A stretch of 64,000 nt of DNA from a virus: IMG/VR virus record IMGVR_UViG_3300007513_000007, positions 32,001 to 96,000 of that record; one strand, given 5' to 3'. Below, in pieces: positions 35,008-44,743 of this stretch (position 1 is the stretch's first letter; each line of letters opens with the position of its first letter). Position numbers and translations under genes: made by a program. Below the pieces are notes generated by a model. The model saw only the letters and a program-made list of their open reading frames with translations, was not told where the DNA came from and ran no database searches.

Positions 35008-35581
35008 TCACCCTCTCCGGGGAAAACCCAGGCGTTGCCGACCAGTGTTCTCGACACCGGGCTGCGTACATCCCCTTGGAACCAACCAGGACGCGCTCCG
35101 CTGATTCCACAAGGCGTTGTGTTCGAGTCGCATGGCTTCCGCACACACAACACACGGCTGTCACCTTGGTTGCTGAATCAGCCAGGGCCAGGATGGGCGA
35201 AACCGTCGCGAAAGGTTTGCCTTCGTAGTCTAAATCAAGCCCTGCGGCGATGACCCGGTGGCCCTCGCTCGCCAGTTGGTCGAGCGCGTACCCGATGTCA
35301 GGGGAGCGAGGAGTCTTTTCTATGAACTGGACCTCGTCAATCCCAATGACATCGAAGCAGTGCGCCGCCTCCACGATTTCTTCAACGGTGGTGACCGAGG
35401 TGGCAGGGAAGGTAGCGCCGAGATGCGTGGACAGGTTGCTCTCTGAATAACGGTTATCGAGCTTCGGCTTGAAGGCTCCTACGCGCAAGCCTGCGATCTG
35501 CGCCCGTGTCAATCGTCGGACCAACTCCTCCGTCTTTCCAGAGTACATGCACCCAACCACCACCTCCAAACTTCCAGCCAT
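34982..35581 (-). CDS. tdk: thymidine kinase
   Basis: GCMYSGKTEEL, IDEVQF, AGLDLDY.G.PF, C.VCG..AT.TQR, Y.ARCREH. Confidence 0.95.
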   Translation of the reverse strand: MAGSLEVVVGCMYSGKTEELVRRLTRAQIAGLRVGAFKPKLDNRYSESNLSTHLGATFPATSVTTVEEIVEAAHCFDVIGIDEVQFIEKTPRSPDIGYALDQLASEGHRVIAAGLDLDYEGKPFATVSPILALADSATKVTAVCCVCGSHATRTQRLVESAERVLVGSKGMYAARCREHWSATPGFSPERVNENRPPSP

Positions 35582-35589
35582 CTCGTCCC

Positions 35590-36033
35590 CTACGTCAAAG
35601 CAAACTCATTTCCGGTGACCACAACAACATGTCGCCGCTCCCTCCAAGCCATAGCGACACGCTGAAAAACCGCCCCGTCCAGAGGTGGCTCGTAACATTC
35701 CGGCGTCTTGCCACAAGGACGACACCTTACCGAGTCCCAGCCAATACAGGACTCACGAATCGCACAAGCACCATCGTCGGAGGTCACCCGCTGTGCTGAT
35801 TTGAGGGGAGGTCGTCCCAACTCCCTTGCCAGGGGCGTGGCGTACCCGTGCAGAGCGTGGGACAAGGATTCTCCCGTCACCGTCGTCACCCCTTGCGCCC
35901 AAGAGGTTCCCTGAAGGGGTTGGAGGTCTCCCCAAGGAGCGGCATCCGTAGGGAAAGCCACCAACAGCAGGATGCTTCCCTGTTCCTGGTCGGTCAGGTC
36001 GATTTCCCGCAGACGAAGCCTACTCGTCATCAA
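35590..36033 (-). CDS. hypothetical protein
   Basis: 147 aa ORF in operon. Confidence 0.7.
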   Translation of the reverse strand: MMTSRLRLREIDLTDQEQGSILLLVAFPTDAAPWGDLQPLQGTSWAQGVTTVTGESLSHALHGYATPLARELGRPPLKSAQRVTSDDGACAIRESCIGWDSVRCRPCGKTPECYEPPLDGAVFQRVAMAWRERRHVVVVTGNEFALT

Positions 36034-36349
36034 AGACTACACTGAACGTCTGGGCAAACGTGGAAGTCGCACTCCAAGCCGATTCTTCAGATTCGGTAGC
36101 CGTAAGACTGTAGGTGTATTCCCCGCCCAACGTGTGAGGCACGAATGCTTCACCGCCCAGCCAGATGTTCGGGTCATCGCCCTCTGGTTCGGAAACGTCC
36201 TCGGGGTCTGGCATCTCGAACTCTTGAGGAGGCATTTCGATGGCCACCTTGGTTTCAGTCCCGGTGACGTAGACGACGGGCTTACCCGTTTCGGTTTCGA
36301 GGGTGATGACAGTCCCTTTTGGGAGGGTAAAGGCGGTGGGGATGTCCAT
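36020..36349 (-). CDS. acidic hypothetical protein
   Basis: 109 aa ORF, RBS GAAGGA. Confidence 0.7.
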   Translation of the reverse strand: MDIPTAFTLPKGTVITLETETGKPVVYVTGTETKVAIEMPPQEFEMPDPEDVSEPEGDDPNIWLGGEAFVPHTLGGEYTYSLTATESEESAWSATSTFAQTFSVVFDDE

Positions 36350-36382
36350 GCGGCGAAGTCCTTCCGTGATGTCTACTTCACC

Positions 36383-37150
36383 CTACCCGCCCTCTTTGGT
36401 TTCCTTCCCCCCATGCACCACGCAACGAACTTTTCCTTTGAGGCGGCGACAATCATTCCCAATACCTCCGATATACAGGCCGGAATCTGGGTGGGCGCAC
36501 AGACCGGGCCATCCCATCCCGGATTCCTTTTCCCGAGTGCGCCGATGAGCCAAGGGGATGGGATGGGTAAGACCTCGAACATGCCACGCATACGTCCCAC
36601 TGTTAGCACAGCACTTTCCGTCGGCTTGCGCTGCGGCGTTGGCCTCCTCGGACTTCCAGTTCAGGTGGCCACAAGGAAGGTGGTGGGGAGGCTTCCAGTC
36701 CGCAGGTGGCTCGCTGGGAGGGGGAACGTCATCGTCCTCAACTACCCGTTGGAAGGGTCCCCTGGGTTCCTCGATGGCCTCGTCATCGAACTCCGGTTCG
36801 GGTTCCGGGTCAAGAGCCACCAGGACCGGGTAGGAGAGTGATTCGGAATCCACCTCCAACACCTTGTTGGTTACCCCAGCCTCCAACACCTCGGCCCACC
36901 GTTTCGCAGAGAGCCTCTTGAATCCGTGAGCCTTTGCGGCCACAGGTTTCCAGGCGTCAACGCTCTTGCGTCGGCCCGTGTGGGCACGGAGAGCGTCGGC
37001 TATTGCTTGGGCGGCGTCCAGAGGCGTGGCCTTGGCCTTCTCCTCAAAGATGCTGCCGAAAGCATCCATCCCGCTGTTGTCAGCACTTTCGCGCACTGCT
37101 CCAGCCAGACCGCCTACCCAGTCCTCGATTATGTCCTTGGCTTTGGGCAT
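36383..37150 (-). CDS. hypothetical protein
   Basis: start re-picked at ATG 37150; Cys/His-rich C-terminus. Confidence 0.75.
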   Translation of the reverse strand: MPKAKDIIEDWVGGLAGAVRESADNSGMDAFGSIFEEKAKATPLDAAQAIADALRAHTGRRKSVDAWKPVAAKAHGFKRLSAKRWAEVLEAGVTNKVLEVDSESLSYPVLVALDPEPEPEFDDEAIEEPRGPFQRVVEDDDVPPPSEPPADWKPPHHLPCGHLNWKSEEANAAAQADGKCCANSGTYAWHVRGLTHPIPLAHRRTREKESGMGWPGLCAHPDSGLYIGGIGNDCRRLKGKVRCVVHGGKETKEGG

Positions 37151-37322
37151 CAGAACTTTCCAATGGCGGCACGCTTGCCGTCGCGAAGGGCGTCTTCCTT
37201 TACGTTCTGGAGCAGTCGCCAAAGGGCTTCTTGCTCGCGTTCGGTCAGCTTGTCCAGCATCGGAAGCAGGACGTGACGTTCACACCGGGTGCGGTGGAAC
37301 AGGGCTGTGAGGTGGCGCTTGA

Positions 37323-38732
37323 TCATCCCACCCCCAGGTCTTCGATGGGAACGGCGGTGAGGGTCCGCAAGCCATCCTCGCCTCGGGTTTGACCGATGTA
37401 GAGGTCGCCCCAGCCGTAGGTGTGGCGCTGTTCAGCAGAGGGGAGGTTGATGTTGAAGCCACACCCCTTCTTGCGAATCTGCTGCTCCTCTTTCGCGTAG
37501 CTGCCCATTGTCTGGTGTGCCTTCCACGCTGCGAGGCTGTTCCTCTTGTGGTGCATGTCCAGAATCTGCACAACCCGATCTCGGGGAAATGCCCGCAACA
37601 GGTCGAGTGCGTAGTGCTTGATGGCTTCCTCGCCAGTGGTGAGGTCAACGCTGTGATACTGCATGAGTTGCGGTTGCGTGCGAACCGCAATCTCGATCTG
37701 GTCACCTGCTTGACGGGGGCCAACGCAAAGGACGAACGAGCAGAAGGGAGTACCTCCGGGGGTCTTCTTTCCCGCCTTGTGTTCGCCGCTATGGTAGGCG
37801 TAGACGTTGAGCAGGGTGCATTCTAAACCCGTACCGAAGAGGTACACGTTCATGATTTGTCGGGTGGTTTCGGCTCGGGTCATCGCCTTGCCGATGGCTG
37901 TCAGGTTCCCGTTTCGGTTGACGGGCTGAAAGACGCTCTTCACACCTCTACGGTGCGGGAAGACACGGCGTAGCCGCTTCTCGGCCAGAGCGATCATCTT
38001 CCGGGGGTCGAACTCGCCGTGCGTGAAGCAGGCGGCACTGACCTCCATACCGCACTTGCGGTACAGGTCTCGGGCCTTCTTGCGGGTGGCACGGGGCATG
38101 TTGGGGACCAAGAGTTCCCGATCCCGGATAGCGCACTCCCGACCCTTGAGCAGAGTCACCCCAAAGATGGCTGGATACGCAGAGGCTCCCAGCATGGCCT
38201 CCCCCAAGGTCACCATGTTCGGGATGTCAGTGGTCGGAGCCAAGCCGCCAATGCCGTTACAGAAGTCGAGGTGGCCGCTGTTGTAGAGCAGGCGGCTGCT
38301 TCCCTGGACCTGGAGAATGGTGGAGTGTTGGCGCTTCCGTACCTTGATGGCAGGCGCGTTGTTCGGGACCACCAAGCCCCCGGAGTTCAAGGGTTGGTTG
38401 CCCAAGAGCTTCCAATGCCGCTGGTTGCCCATGCCCCGGTTGATTTGGGCTTGTGCCACAACCTGGGCACAGTCGCCGTGGATGATGTGTGCGTTCTGGT
38501 ACAGGCTTTGGGTGTAGGTCGCTTCGCTCTCGGCGCAGTCGATACCCGTGACTCGGGTCAGGTCAAACCCCAACCCCTCAAGGGTAGCGAAGTCTCCCCC
38601 GTGCCCAGCAAGCACCAAGCTCCCCAAGTAGGACGAGCCAATGGCGTTCATCCAGTTGGACATGGAGATCCAGAGCCTCGCTCTGGCAATACGCTTACCG
38701 GGGGAATCTCCCTTGTAGGTGCCTTCTTCCAT
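37323..38732 (-). CDS. hypothetical protein, possible methyltransferase-like N-terminal fold
   Basis: 469 aa; LVLAGHGGD..VTGID..IIHGD resembles a class I SAM-binding pattern (weak). Confidence 0.75.
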   Translation of the reverse strand: MEEGTYKGDSPGKRIARARLWISMSNWMNAIGSSYLGSLVLAGHGGDFATLEGLGFDLTRVTGIDCAESEATYTQSLYQNAHIIHGDCAQVVAQAQINRGMGNQRHWKLLGNQPLNSGGLVVPNNAPAIKVRKRQHSTILQVQGSSRLLYNSGHLDFCNGIGGLAPTTDIPNMVTLGEAMLGASAYPAIFGVTLLKGRECAIRDRELLVPNMPRATRKKARDLYRKCGMEVSAACFTHGEFDPRKMIALAEKRLRRVFPHRRGVKSVFQPVNRNGNLTAIGKAMTRAETTRQIMNVYLFGTGLECTLLNVYAYHSGEHKAGKKTPGGTPFCSFVLCVGPRQAGDQIEIAVRTQPQLMQYHSVDLTTGEEAIKHYALDLLRAFPRDRVVQILDMHHKRNSLAAWKAHQTMGSYAKEEQQIRKKGCGFNINLPSAEQRHTYGWGDLYIGQTRGEDGLRTLTAVPIEDLGVG

Positions 38733-38911
38733 TAGTGACCTTCCTGACAGAGCCGACGGGATGCTTGACGGAGCCGAGTTTCGATGGCCTTGCGGGCACG
38801 ACGAACCTTCCGCTTACGGGCACCGCCATGACCTCGGTGAAAGGTTCCCCCATCACCGTCCACGTCCTTGCGAGCCTTGCCGAAAAGTTTTGCTTTGCCG
38901 CGCTGTGCCAT
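38732..38911 (-). CDS. small Arg/Lys-rich protein (59 aa)
   Basis: MAQRGKAKLFGKARKDVDGDGGTFHRGHGGARKRKVRRARK...; RBS GGAGG; TAATG coupling. Confidence 0.7.
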   Translation of the reverse strand: MAQRGKAKLFGKARKDVDGDGGTFHRGHGGARKRKVRRARKAIETRLRQASRRLCQEGH

Positions 38912-38928
38912 AAAGCCTCCGAACCCTA

Positions 38929-38956
38929 TACGGGTTCAACTTGAAGGGGGAACCCC
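38929..38956 (-). promoter_or_regulatory. class I promoter motif
   Basis: exact match upstream of 38911. Confidence 0.8.
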
Positions 38957-38958
38957 CC

Positions 38959-39354
38959 CTAATCGCTAATCTCCAGCCTGTGAGCCTCGATTTTGAGCCA
39001 TTCGCCCGACCGCTCCCACACTTTGAAGAGTTGACTGGAGGGCTTCCCCTCCCAGTTGGACATGACAACAGAGCGAGGGGCGCTCGCCACGCTGTACTGC
39101 GCGTCCCAGAGTCCTTCCTTCCATTCAGACTTGAACTCGGTAAAGGAAAACGGAACGCCACAGTCTGTTGCACACTGCTTGGCCCGAGCCAAGGCATCCT
39201 TGAAGCTGGCCTTGTGTTCTGTGTTGTCGCGTTCGATAAGGGCCTGCGAAGCCGCAAGGGCGTCCTTCTCTGACACGAAGACACCCTGCACACTCCCGCC
39301 CTCGTGGGCTTCGCCTTGGGTGAGGATGAAAACGACGTTGAGCCATTCAGACAT
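38959..39354 (-). CDS. hypothetical protein
   Basis: start re-picked at ATG 39354 after AGGAG. Confidence 0.75.
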   Translation of the reverse strand: MSEWLNVVFILTQGEAHEGGSVQGVFVSEKDALAASQALIERDNTEHKASFKDALARAKQCATDCGVPFSFTEFKSEWKEGLWDAQYSVASAPRSVVMSNWEGKPSSQLFKVWERSGEWLKIEAHRLEISD

Positions 39355-39398
39355 TGGGGCTAACTCCTGGCTGCAAGCAGCGCGGGTTGGAAGTCCTT

Positions 39399-39426
39399 TA
39401 CGGGAGTACAGGGGGCCAGGAACCCC
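39399..39426 (-). promoter_or_regulatory. class I promoter motif
   Basis: exact match upstream of 39354. Confidence 0.8.
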
Positions 39427-39452
39427 CCACCGGGCACGGGAGTCTTTGATCT

Positions 39453-40571
39453 TCATGCGGTCACCTGAATAAAGAGGCGCTTGCCCACCCTTACTACGGA
39501 ACCTCTGGCCGGAATGGCCTCTACATCCTGACACTTTTCGCCGTCAATCCTGACACCGCCGCCTTGAATAAGTTTGCGGGCCTTGGAGCGGCTCTCACCG
39601 CGTGCTTCAGCCACAAGGGCTACCAAGGGTCCCTGTGCAACCGAAGGGAGGTCAGAGGGCACCTCACGCCGCTGCACGGATGCCTCGAAGTGAGCCTGCG
39701 CCTTGTCAGCGGCAGCCTCGCCGTGAAGCTGGCGAACAATGTCCCACGCCAACAGCTTCTTGTGCTTCATGGGGTGTGCGGGAAACTCCGTGATGGATGT
39801 CAGTAGACCTGCCCATTCTTGAGCGACCTCATCGGAAACGGACATGACCTTTCCGAACATCTGCTCGGGGGCCTCGTCCAACCAGATGGCGTTGTCGAAG
39901 CTCTTGCTCATCTTGCGGCCATCGGTTCCCCGAATCACAGGGGTCATGATGCAGCTTTGAGGCGCTTGGCCTTCGGCTTCCTGAAGCTGGCGAGCGACCT
40001 GGAAGTTGAACAGTTGGTCGGTCCCGCCGATCTCGACCTCGGCCCGGACCTCTACAGAGTCCCACCCTTGAAGCAGGGGCACCAGGAACTCGTGAAGGGC
40101 GATGGCTTGACCGGCATCGTTACGCCGACGGAAGCCATCACGGGACAGCATGTTTGCCACAGTGATCTTGCTTGCAAGGCGGGTGAGGAAGAACGGGACA
40201 CTCATGGCGTCCACGAACTCATGGTTCCGATGAACCTGGAATCCGGGGAGCAGCACCTGCTCTACTTGCTTCAGTAGCGCCTCGGCGTTCTGCCGAACCT
40301 CGTTCTCCGAAAGGATGGGCCGTGTCTTGTCCTGCCCCGACGGGTCACCCAAAGCAGCCGTGATGGTGCCAAGGATGAGGTGCAGGTCGTGACCCTGCTC
40401 CTGCATTTCGCGGGCAACACGAAGGGGAACGAAGTGTCCCAGGTGCAGCCGATCCCTTGTGGGGTCGATGCCGAACTTCACTCGCAAGGGGTGTGAGCTA
40501 CGACTGATGCGCTCCGTCGCTGTCGGAGGGAAGATAAACCAACCCCCGAAGAGCGTCTTCTGCGCCCTCAC
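39453..40571 (-). CDS. tyrS: tyrosyl-tRNA synthetase
   Basis: KFGIDPT..LHLGH (HIGH), LQGWDSV, EIGGTDQLFN, KMSKS, C-terminal S4-like domain. Confidence 0.95.
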   Translation of the reverse strand: MRAQKTLFGGWFIFPPTATERISRSSHPLRVKFGIDPTRDRLHLGHFVPLRVAREMQEQGHDLHLILGTITAALGDPSGQDKTRPILSENEVRQNAEALLKQVEQVLLPGFQVHRNHEFVDAMSVPFFLTRLASKITVANMLSRDGFRRRNDAGQAIALHEFLVPLLQGWDSVEVRAEVEIGGTDQLFNFQVARQLQEAEGQAPQSCIMTPVIRGTDGRKMSKSFDNAIWLDEAPEQMFGKVMSVSDEVAQEWAGLLTSITEFPAHPMKHKKLLAWDIVRQLHGEAAADKAQAHFEASVQRREVPSDLPSVAQGPLVALVAEARGESRSKARKLIQGGGVRIDGEKCQDVEAIPARGSVVRVGKRLFIQVTA

Positions 40572-40689
40572 GACAAGCCTCTTGACCCTCGCGGCGGGTG
40601 ATGCGCTCTTTTGCGCGATCCAGGGAAGCCCAAGTGGAGCGGCTCATAGCGCGTCCTCGGGGTCCGTCTTTTTTGGTGCGATGAGCCAT
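40498..40689 (-). CDS. small hypothetical protein
   Basis: 63 aa, RBS AAGGAGG, class I motif upstream; overlaps the tyrS start. Confidence 0.55.
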   Translation of the reverse strand: MAHRTKKDGPRGRAMSRSTWASLDRAKERITRREGQEACREGAEDALRGLVYLPSDSDGAHQS

Positions 40690-40713
40690 GTCAGCCCTCC
40701 TTCTTGGACTCTT

Positions 40714-40741
40714 TACGGAGCCGCCACGTTCTCGGAACCCC
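40714..40741 (-). promoter_or_regulatory. class I promoter motif
   Basis: exact match upstream of 40689. Confidence 0.8.
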
Positions 40742-40833
40742 CTGCCTCATCAGGTTTATCCGACCACACTGAAGCAGCCAGCACGATGAAGATGACAAGA
40801 CCGATGGCTACCACCAACCCCACAACGCGCCAA

Positions 40834-41022
40834 TCAGGACGGAGCAGGGTTTCTTTCGTCTGATACATCATGGAGTCGGTCCTTTACAGATTGGAGTGCC
40901 TTTCGGATGAGCTTTTGAGGCGCATCGGGAAACTGCTTCTGGGTGGCCTTCCGTGTAGGGAGTTGCTCCTGTTCTTCGAGCCACCTTGTCACTTGTTCAT
41001 ATGTTTGTCGGGTTTGATACAA
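40834..41022 (-). CDS. small hypothetical protein
   Basis: 62 aa ORF, RBS GGAGG. Confidence 0.55.
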   Translation of the reverse strand: MYQTRQTYEQVTRWLEEQEQLPTRKATQKQFPDAPQKLIRKALQSVKDRLHDVSDERNPAPS

Positions 41023-41082
41023 GACTTACCTCCAGAGCCACTCTACCGAAAAGGGGGTCTATAGAGAGACACTTCCCGGTAG

Positions 41083-41110
41083 TAGGTTCCCGAAAGTGTT
41101 TTTGTCCGTA
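41083..41110 (+). promoter_or_regulatory. class I promoter motif (TAGGTTCC variant)
   Basis: N16 spacing to CGTA upstream of 41117. Confidence 0.7.
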
Positions 41111-41116
41111 AGGGGT

Positions 41117-42748
41117 ATGTCCTCGAACACCAGGAATCTGATGAAGATTGGCATTATCTCAAAGAAGCCGCACGCAAAGAACCATGCCCAAGCTCTAAAG
41201 CGCGAGGGTCATGACGTAGTTTTGTTGGACGGTGACCCCAAAAGAATACCTTCCTCCATCGACTTGGTGATCTGCCGCACCGCTTCGTGTAGCCACGGTG
41301 CGAGTAACGTAGCTCTGGAGTGGCAACGCTCTGGAGGAGGTTTCCTGGTGATGGAGAACGGACTGTCCGGGGCTTTGAGAGCCATTCGGCAATACATCGA
41401 ACCCAAGAAGAGCAAGAAGAAGAAGGAAGAGGCCAAGGTCGCTGCTCCTGCTCCCACCCCTACTCCTGTGGAACCGGAGTCCGCACCTATGAAGAAGATC
41501 ACAGGCAGCGTTTTGGATGAGGCCGTCACTATGGTTGGCGAGGGCACTTCTCTCACCAAGGTTGCCAAGCATTTCAATGTTGCTCGCAGCACCCTCACCC
41601 GTGCTCTGATCGAAGCAGGAGGATGGCCCCAAACAAGCCAGCCTCTTTCGCCTGAACCGCAACCTCCCGCAGAAGCAGACGTACTGGAAGCAGGACCTCC
41701 CCCTTCAGAGTCCGAAGTCGAGGAGCTTATCGAGACATGGGCTGTGCTGGTTGTAGAAACCCGCATAAACGACAACTTCGAGCAACGCCTGGAAGTGATG
41801 AAGGGCTTGATGGAGGTCGAGGTCGAGGACTGGCGGCTTCGTAGTGCTTTGATGGCCGCAGCAGGCGAGGATGTCCCGCTGCTCCACGAACCGGAAGAAG
41901 ACCTCGAAACCGAGACGGTCACGCACACCGAACCTGAACCCGAACCTGAACCTGTTGAGGTCGAGGACCCCTCCACACCGGACTACGGTGACGACGAAGG
42001 TGCCTTCGTGTTGCCTCCGATCCCCGTACCTGAACCCCACTTCTTGAAGGCGTGTCCTGTAGACCGCATCCTCAACGATCTTCCTATTGCCCGCAGACTG
42101 GCCGCGTTGGTGTCTAATGAGGATAAGGAGAAGTTCCGAAAGGCGCTCCTGTCCCATGACCGGAACCCCAAGAACGCTGGGGCGTGGATACCTCGGGATT
42201 TGAAGAAGGCCGATGCACCTTTTGCTTCTGCCAAGGGCAAGCCCCTGGTCTTCGCGTTGCTGGTGTGGCTCTTGCTCGATCCCGAAGATGAACCTTCGGG
42301 CAGGGCCTTCCTCCACGCCTACAAGGAGTTGACCAAGAAGGGAACCGACAGTCGTTTCCCCAAGGCTGCTGCTTGGGCCTTGGGCCGCACTCTGGGGGAA
42401 GCCCTTCGTGGTAGGGGTGGTGGTAAGAAGCCGTCCTCTGATAGTCTTTCGGGAACTGAAAAGACCCACTTCCTCCAAGCCCTCGCAAAGAAGAAGGACA
42501 TGCTCGCTGAAAAGGATGCCACCATCCAGAGCCTCCAACAGGAACTCGAACAGGTTCGCGAAGAAGAGGACCGTCTGCGACATGAACTGGAGCTTGCTCT
42601 CCGTTCGCGTTCACAGCAGCCCCCTGCAATCGGAGCCAGCCCTGCTGCCCCTGTTCCGGCCCCTTCGACGGGCTTGACCTTGGACCTCACCGTGGATGAC
42701 TTGGTTCGCGCAGGCTTCCAGGTCCACGTCACGAAGCCCTGTGGGTAA
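41117..42748 (+). CDS. multidomain protein: DUF2325-like N-terminus, HTH, coiled coil
   Basis: IPSSIDLVICRTASCSHG; LTKVAKHFNVARSTLTRAL; C-terminal coil. Confidence 0.8.
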   Translation: MSSNTRNLMKIGIISKKPHAKNHAQALKREGHDVVLLDGDPKRIPSSIDLVICRTASCSHGASNVALEWQRSGGGFLVMENGLSGALRAIRQYIEPKKSKKKKEEAKVAAPAPTPTPVEPESAPMKKITGSVLDEAVTMVGEGTSLTKVAKHFNVARSTLTRALIEAGGWPQTSQPLSPEPQPPAEADVLEAGPPPSESEVEELIETWAVLVVETRINDNFEQRLEVMKGLMEVEVEDWRLRSALMAAAGEDVPLLHEPEEDLETETVTHTEPEPEPEPVEVEDPSTPDYGDDEGAFVLPPIPVPEPHFLKACPVDRILNDLPIARRLAALVSNEDKEKFRKALLSHDRNPKNAGAWIPRDLKKADAPFASAKGKPLVFALLVWLLLDPEDEPSGRAFLHAYKELTKKGTDSRFPKAAAWALGRTLGEALRGRGGGKKPSSDSLSGTEKTHFLQALAKKKDMLAEKDATIQSLQQELEQVREEEDRLRHELELALRSRSQQPPAIGASPAAPVPAPSTGLTLDLTVDDLVRAGFQVHVTKPCG

Positions 42749-42771
42749 GGTCTGACGGTAGGAGGTGCTCA

Positions 42772-43185
42772 ATGGCACAAGGTCGCGTAAAGAGGGTCGC
42801 TAACATCGACCGGAAGTTCGGTGCTGACTCCGAATACCTGTTCCTCAAGGTGCAGGCTCACGGTCGAGGGGAACCCGGCGAAGAATACTGGCTGGTCACC
42901 GACGAAGAGGCCGAGAAGTTCAGCCACCGCGCTACGGAGAACCCTGAAGACATCCCTGACAGCCACTTGGGGATTTTCATGCGCGTAGCGAACGCCACCC
43001 CCAAGCCCGCAGCCAACGACTGGTACGTTTCGGTCAAGGTGAAAATAGCCAACGCGGACAGAGTCCGGGAAGAGGTTTGGTTCCTTACCGAGTTCGACCT
43101 GGAGCGGGTTCGAGGCCGTGTTGAAAAGAACGCAGAAGACATCGAGGCCAACCGTGAAGGGTGGCTTGCCGACCTGTTTGATTGA
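42772..43185 (+). CDS. hypothetical protein with internal tandem duplication
   Basis: EEYWLVTDEE..RATENPEDI versus EEVWFLTEFD..RVEKNAEDI; RBS AGGAGG. Confidence 0.85.
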   Translation: MAQGRVKRVANIDRKFGADSEYLFLKVQAHGRGEPGEEYWLVTDEEAEKFSHRATENPEDIPDSHLGIFMRVANATPKPAANDWYVSVKVKIANADRVREEVWFLTEFDLERVRGRVEKNAEDIEANREGWLADLFD

Positions 43186-43442
43186 TGTTTCGAGCAGTTG
43201 CTTTCTTGAGTGTGTGTCTCTTGAGCGGGTGTTTTGCGCTCATGCACGAAGTTGACGCCATGAACGCCGTCAACCTTTACCGAAACCAGGGGGTTACCCC
43301 TGCGTGTGGCTTCTTCCACGAAGGGATGCAGTTCCCTGACGGGTCTGTGGTGGATCAGGTGGACCAGAACGTAGTTGTAGTGATCATCCCCGACCCCAGA
43401 TCAGCCGAGGGAGAGGATGACCACGCTATCCCTTGCCGGTAG
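43182..43442 (+). CDS. putative lipoprotein
   Basis: hydrophobic leader ending LLSGC. Confidence 0.6.
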   Translation: MMFRAVAFLSVCLLSGCFALMHEVDAMNAVNLYRNQGVTPACGFFHEGMQFPDGSVVDQVDQNVVVVIIPDPRSAEGEDDHAIPCR

Positions 43443-43465
43443 CTTGCTGATACGAGAGGGTAGCC

Positions 43466-44110
43466 ATGAAGCATGACGCCGCCAGGGTTGCCCTTCGCCA
43501 CAGCCTGAAGGCCACGGCCATCGGCCCCTATGAGGATTCCATCATCGACGGCCTCAAGGTCACGCAGGTGGAGACAGACAACCGCCGCTCAAATGCCTCG
43601 ATTCGGGGGAACCGCCTCCTGGTGAAGTGGGGGCAGGACAGCCGGATGTTCAACAAGGCTACCCAGCTTGCGAAGTGGGTCCGTTGGGCTAACCGCAAGC
43701 TGGGCCAGAAGAAGGAACGAGTCCAGCAGAAGAAGGAGTGGACGCGCACGAAAGTGGACGGCTACTCCGTCTACGACCTGGAAGGCAAGGAACAGGTCGC
43801 CGCCATGATGGCGAAGATCCAACGTGACGTAAAACCCTTGCTTCGGGAGTTTGGCCTCCGTTTCCAGACCATCAAAGAGTCTGTGGCCGAGGGGTCGCTG
43901 GGATTCAACCGTGGTGCGGGCCGTATCATCGCCCTCAATGTTCGTCAGAAGCGGAACCCCATGAAGCTCCGCAAGTACAGCGCGATCATGCGGACCATGA
44001 TCCATGAGCTTGCCCACATTCGGCATATGAACCACGGGCCGAACTTCAAGATGTTCGAGCAAGAGCTTCTGGGCGTTGCCCGTAAGACGGGCGTGTACTC
44101 ACCGGGCTGA
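43466..44110 (+). CDS. WLM/Wss1- or YgjP-like zinc metalloprotease with RVA tag
   Basis: SLGFNRGAGRIIALNVR..TMIHELAHIRHMNHGPNF; N-terminal DAARVALRHSLKATA. Confidence 0.85.
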   Translation: MKHDAARVALRHSLKATAIGPYEDSIIDGLKVTQVETDNRRSNASIRGNRLLVKWGQDSRMFNKATQLAKWVRWANRKLGQKKERVQQKKEWTRTKVDGYSVYDLEGKEQVAAMMAKIQRDVKPLLREFGLRFQTIKESVAEGSLGFNRGAGRIIALNVRQKRNPMKLRKYSAIMRTMIHELAHIRHMNHGPNFKMFEQELLGVARKTGVYSPG

Positions 44111-44305
44111 GTTTGCGACGATCCCCGCACACTCCTGGTACACCGCTTCGCTCATATCCTCCCCCATGCAGTCCATGACTGCGTGCAGGAACTCGTCTCT
44201 GGGCTGAACCCAGAAGAAGTACCAAAGAACGGCCAGCCCAAGGATGAACACGACCGGAAGAATAACGTCAGGGTTCAGGTTCTGCTTCAACTTCAGCATT
44301 TGCAT
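44099..44305 (-). CDS. small membrane protein
   Basis: one TM helix; RBS AGGAGG. Confidence 0.7.
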   Translation of the reverse strand: MQMLKLKQNLNPDVILPVVFILGLAVLWYFFWVQPRDEFLHAVMDCMGEDMSEAVYQECAGIVANSAR

Positions 44306-44326
44306 GTCAACACCTCCTGGTCACTA

Positions 44327-44354
44327 TACGACCCAGGAGGTGGCTTGGAACCCC
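44327..44354 (-). promoter_or_regulatory. class I promoter motif
   Basis: exact match upstream of 44305. Confidence 0.8.
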
Positions 44355-44356
44355 CT

Positions 44357-44740
44357 CTACGCTGATGCGATAAGGGCCTTGATCATCAGACTGCCGATTT
44401 GGGCAAAGACATGACTCGCTCTCGCAGCCATGTCGCGAGCCTTGGTCTTGCGGTCTGCTTCAGCGTTCTGGAGCAGTGCAACTGCATCGCTGGCTACGCG
44501 AGGGTTGGCCCAATCAATCGAGGGAGCTTCGCCGTCCAACAGGTCCTTGATAGCGCCTTGCGCCATGTCCAGGCCCGCAGGTCCATGCTGCTCTACCGCA
44601 TCAGCGATGAGAGCCAACACCACCTTGTTGGTCGGATCTCCTGCCTCTGAAGACAAGTCGTCCAGTTCGGATGCGAGCTTGTCGATTGCCACCTGTCCCG
44701 CCACGGGGACCAAGGAAGAAAGTGCGTCTTGCCAGTTCAT
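44357..44740 (-). CDS. hypothetical protein
   Basis: 127 aa helical ORF, RBS AGGAG. Confidence 0.8.
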   Translation of the reverse strand: MNWQDALSSLVPVAGQVAIDKLASELDDLSSEAGDPTNKVVLALIADAVEQHGPAGLDMAQGAIKDLLDGEAPSIDWANPRVASDAVALLQNAEADRKTKARDMAARASHVFAQIGSLMIKALIASA

Positions 44741-44743
44741 CGT

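Noticed and set aside
38732-38911. Apparent frameshift in the small basic ORF
   Set aside because: Recounting the G run (five G) puts the whole 59-aa product in one frame.
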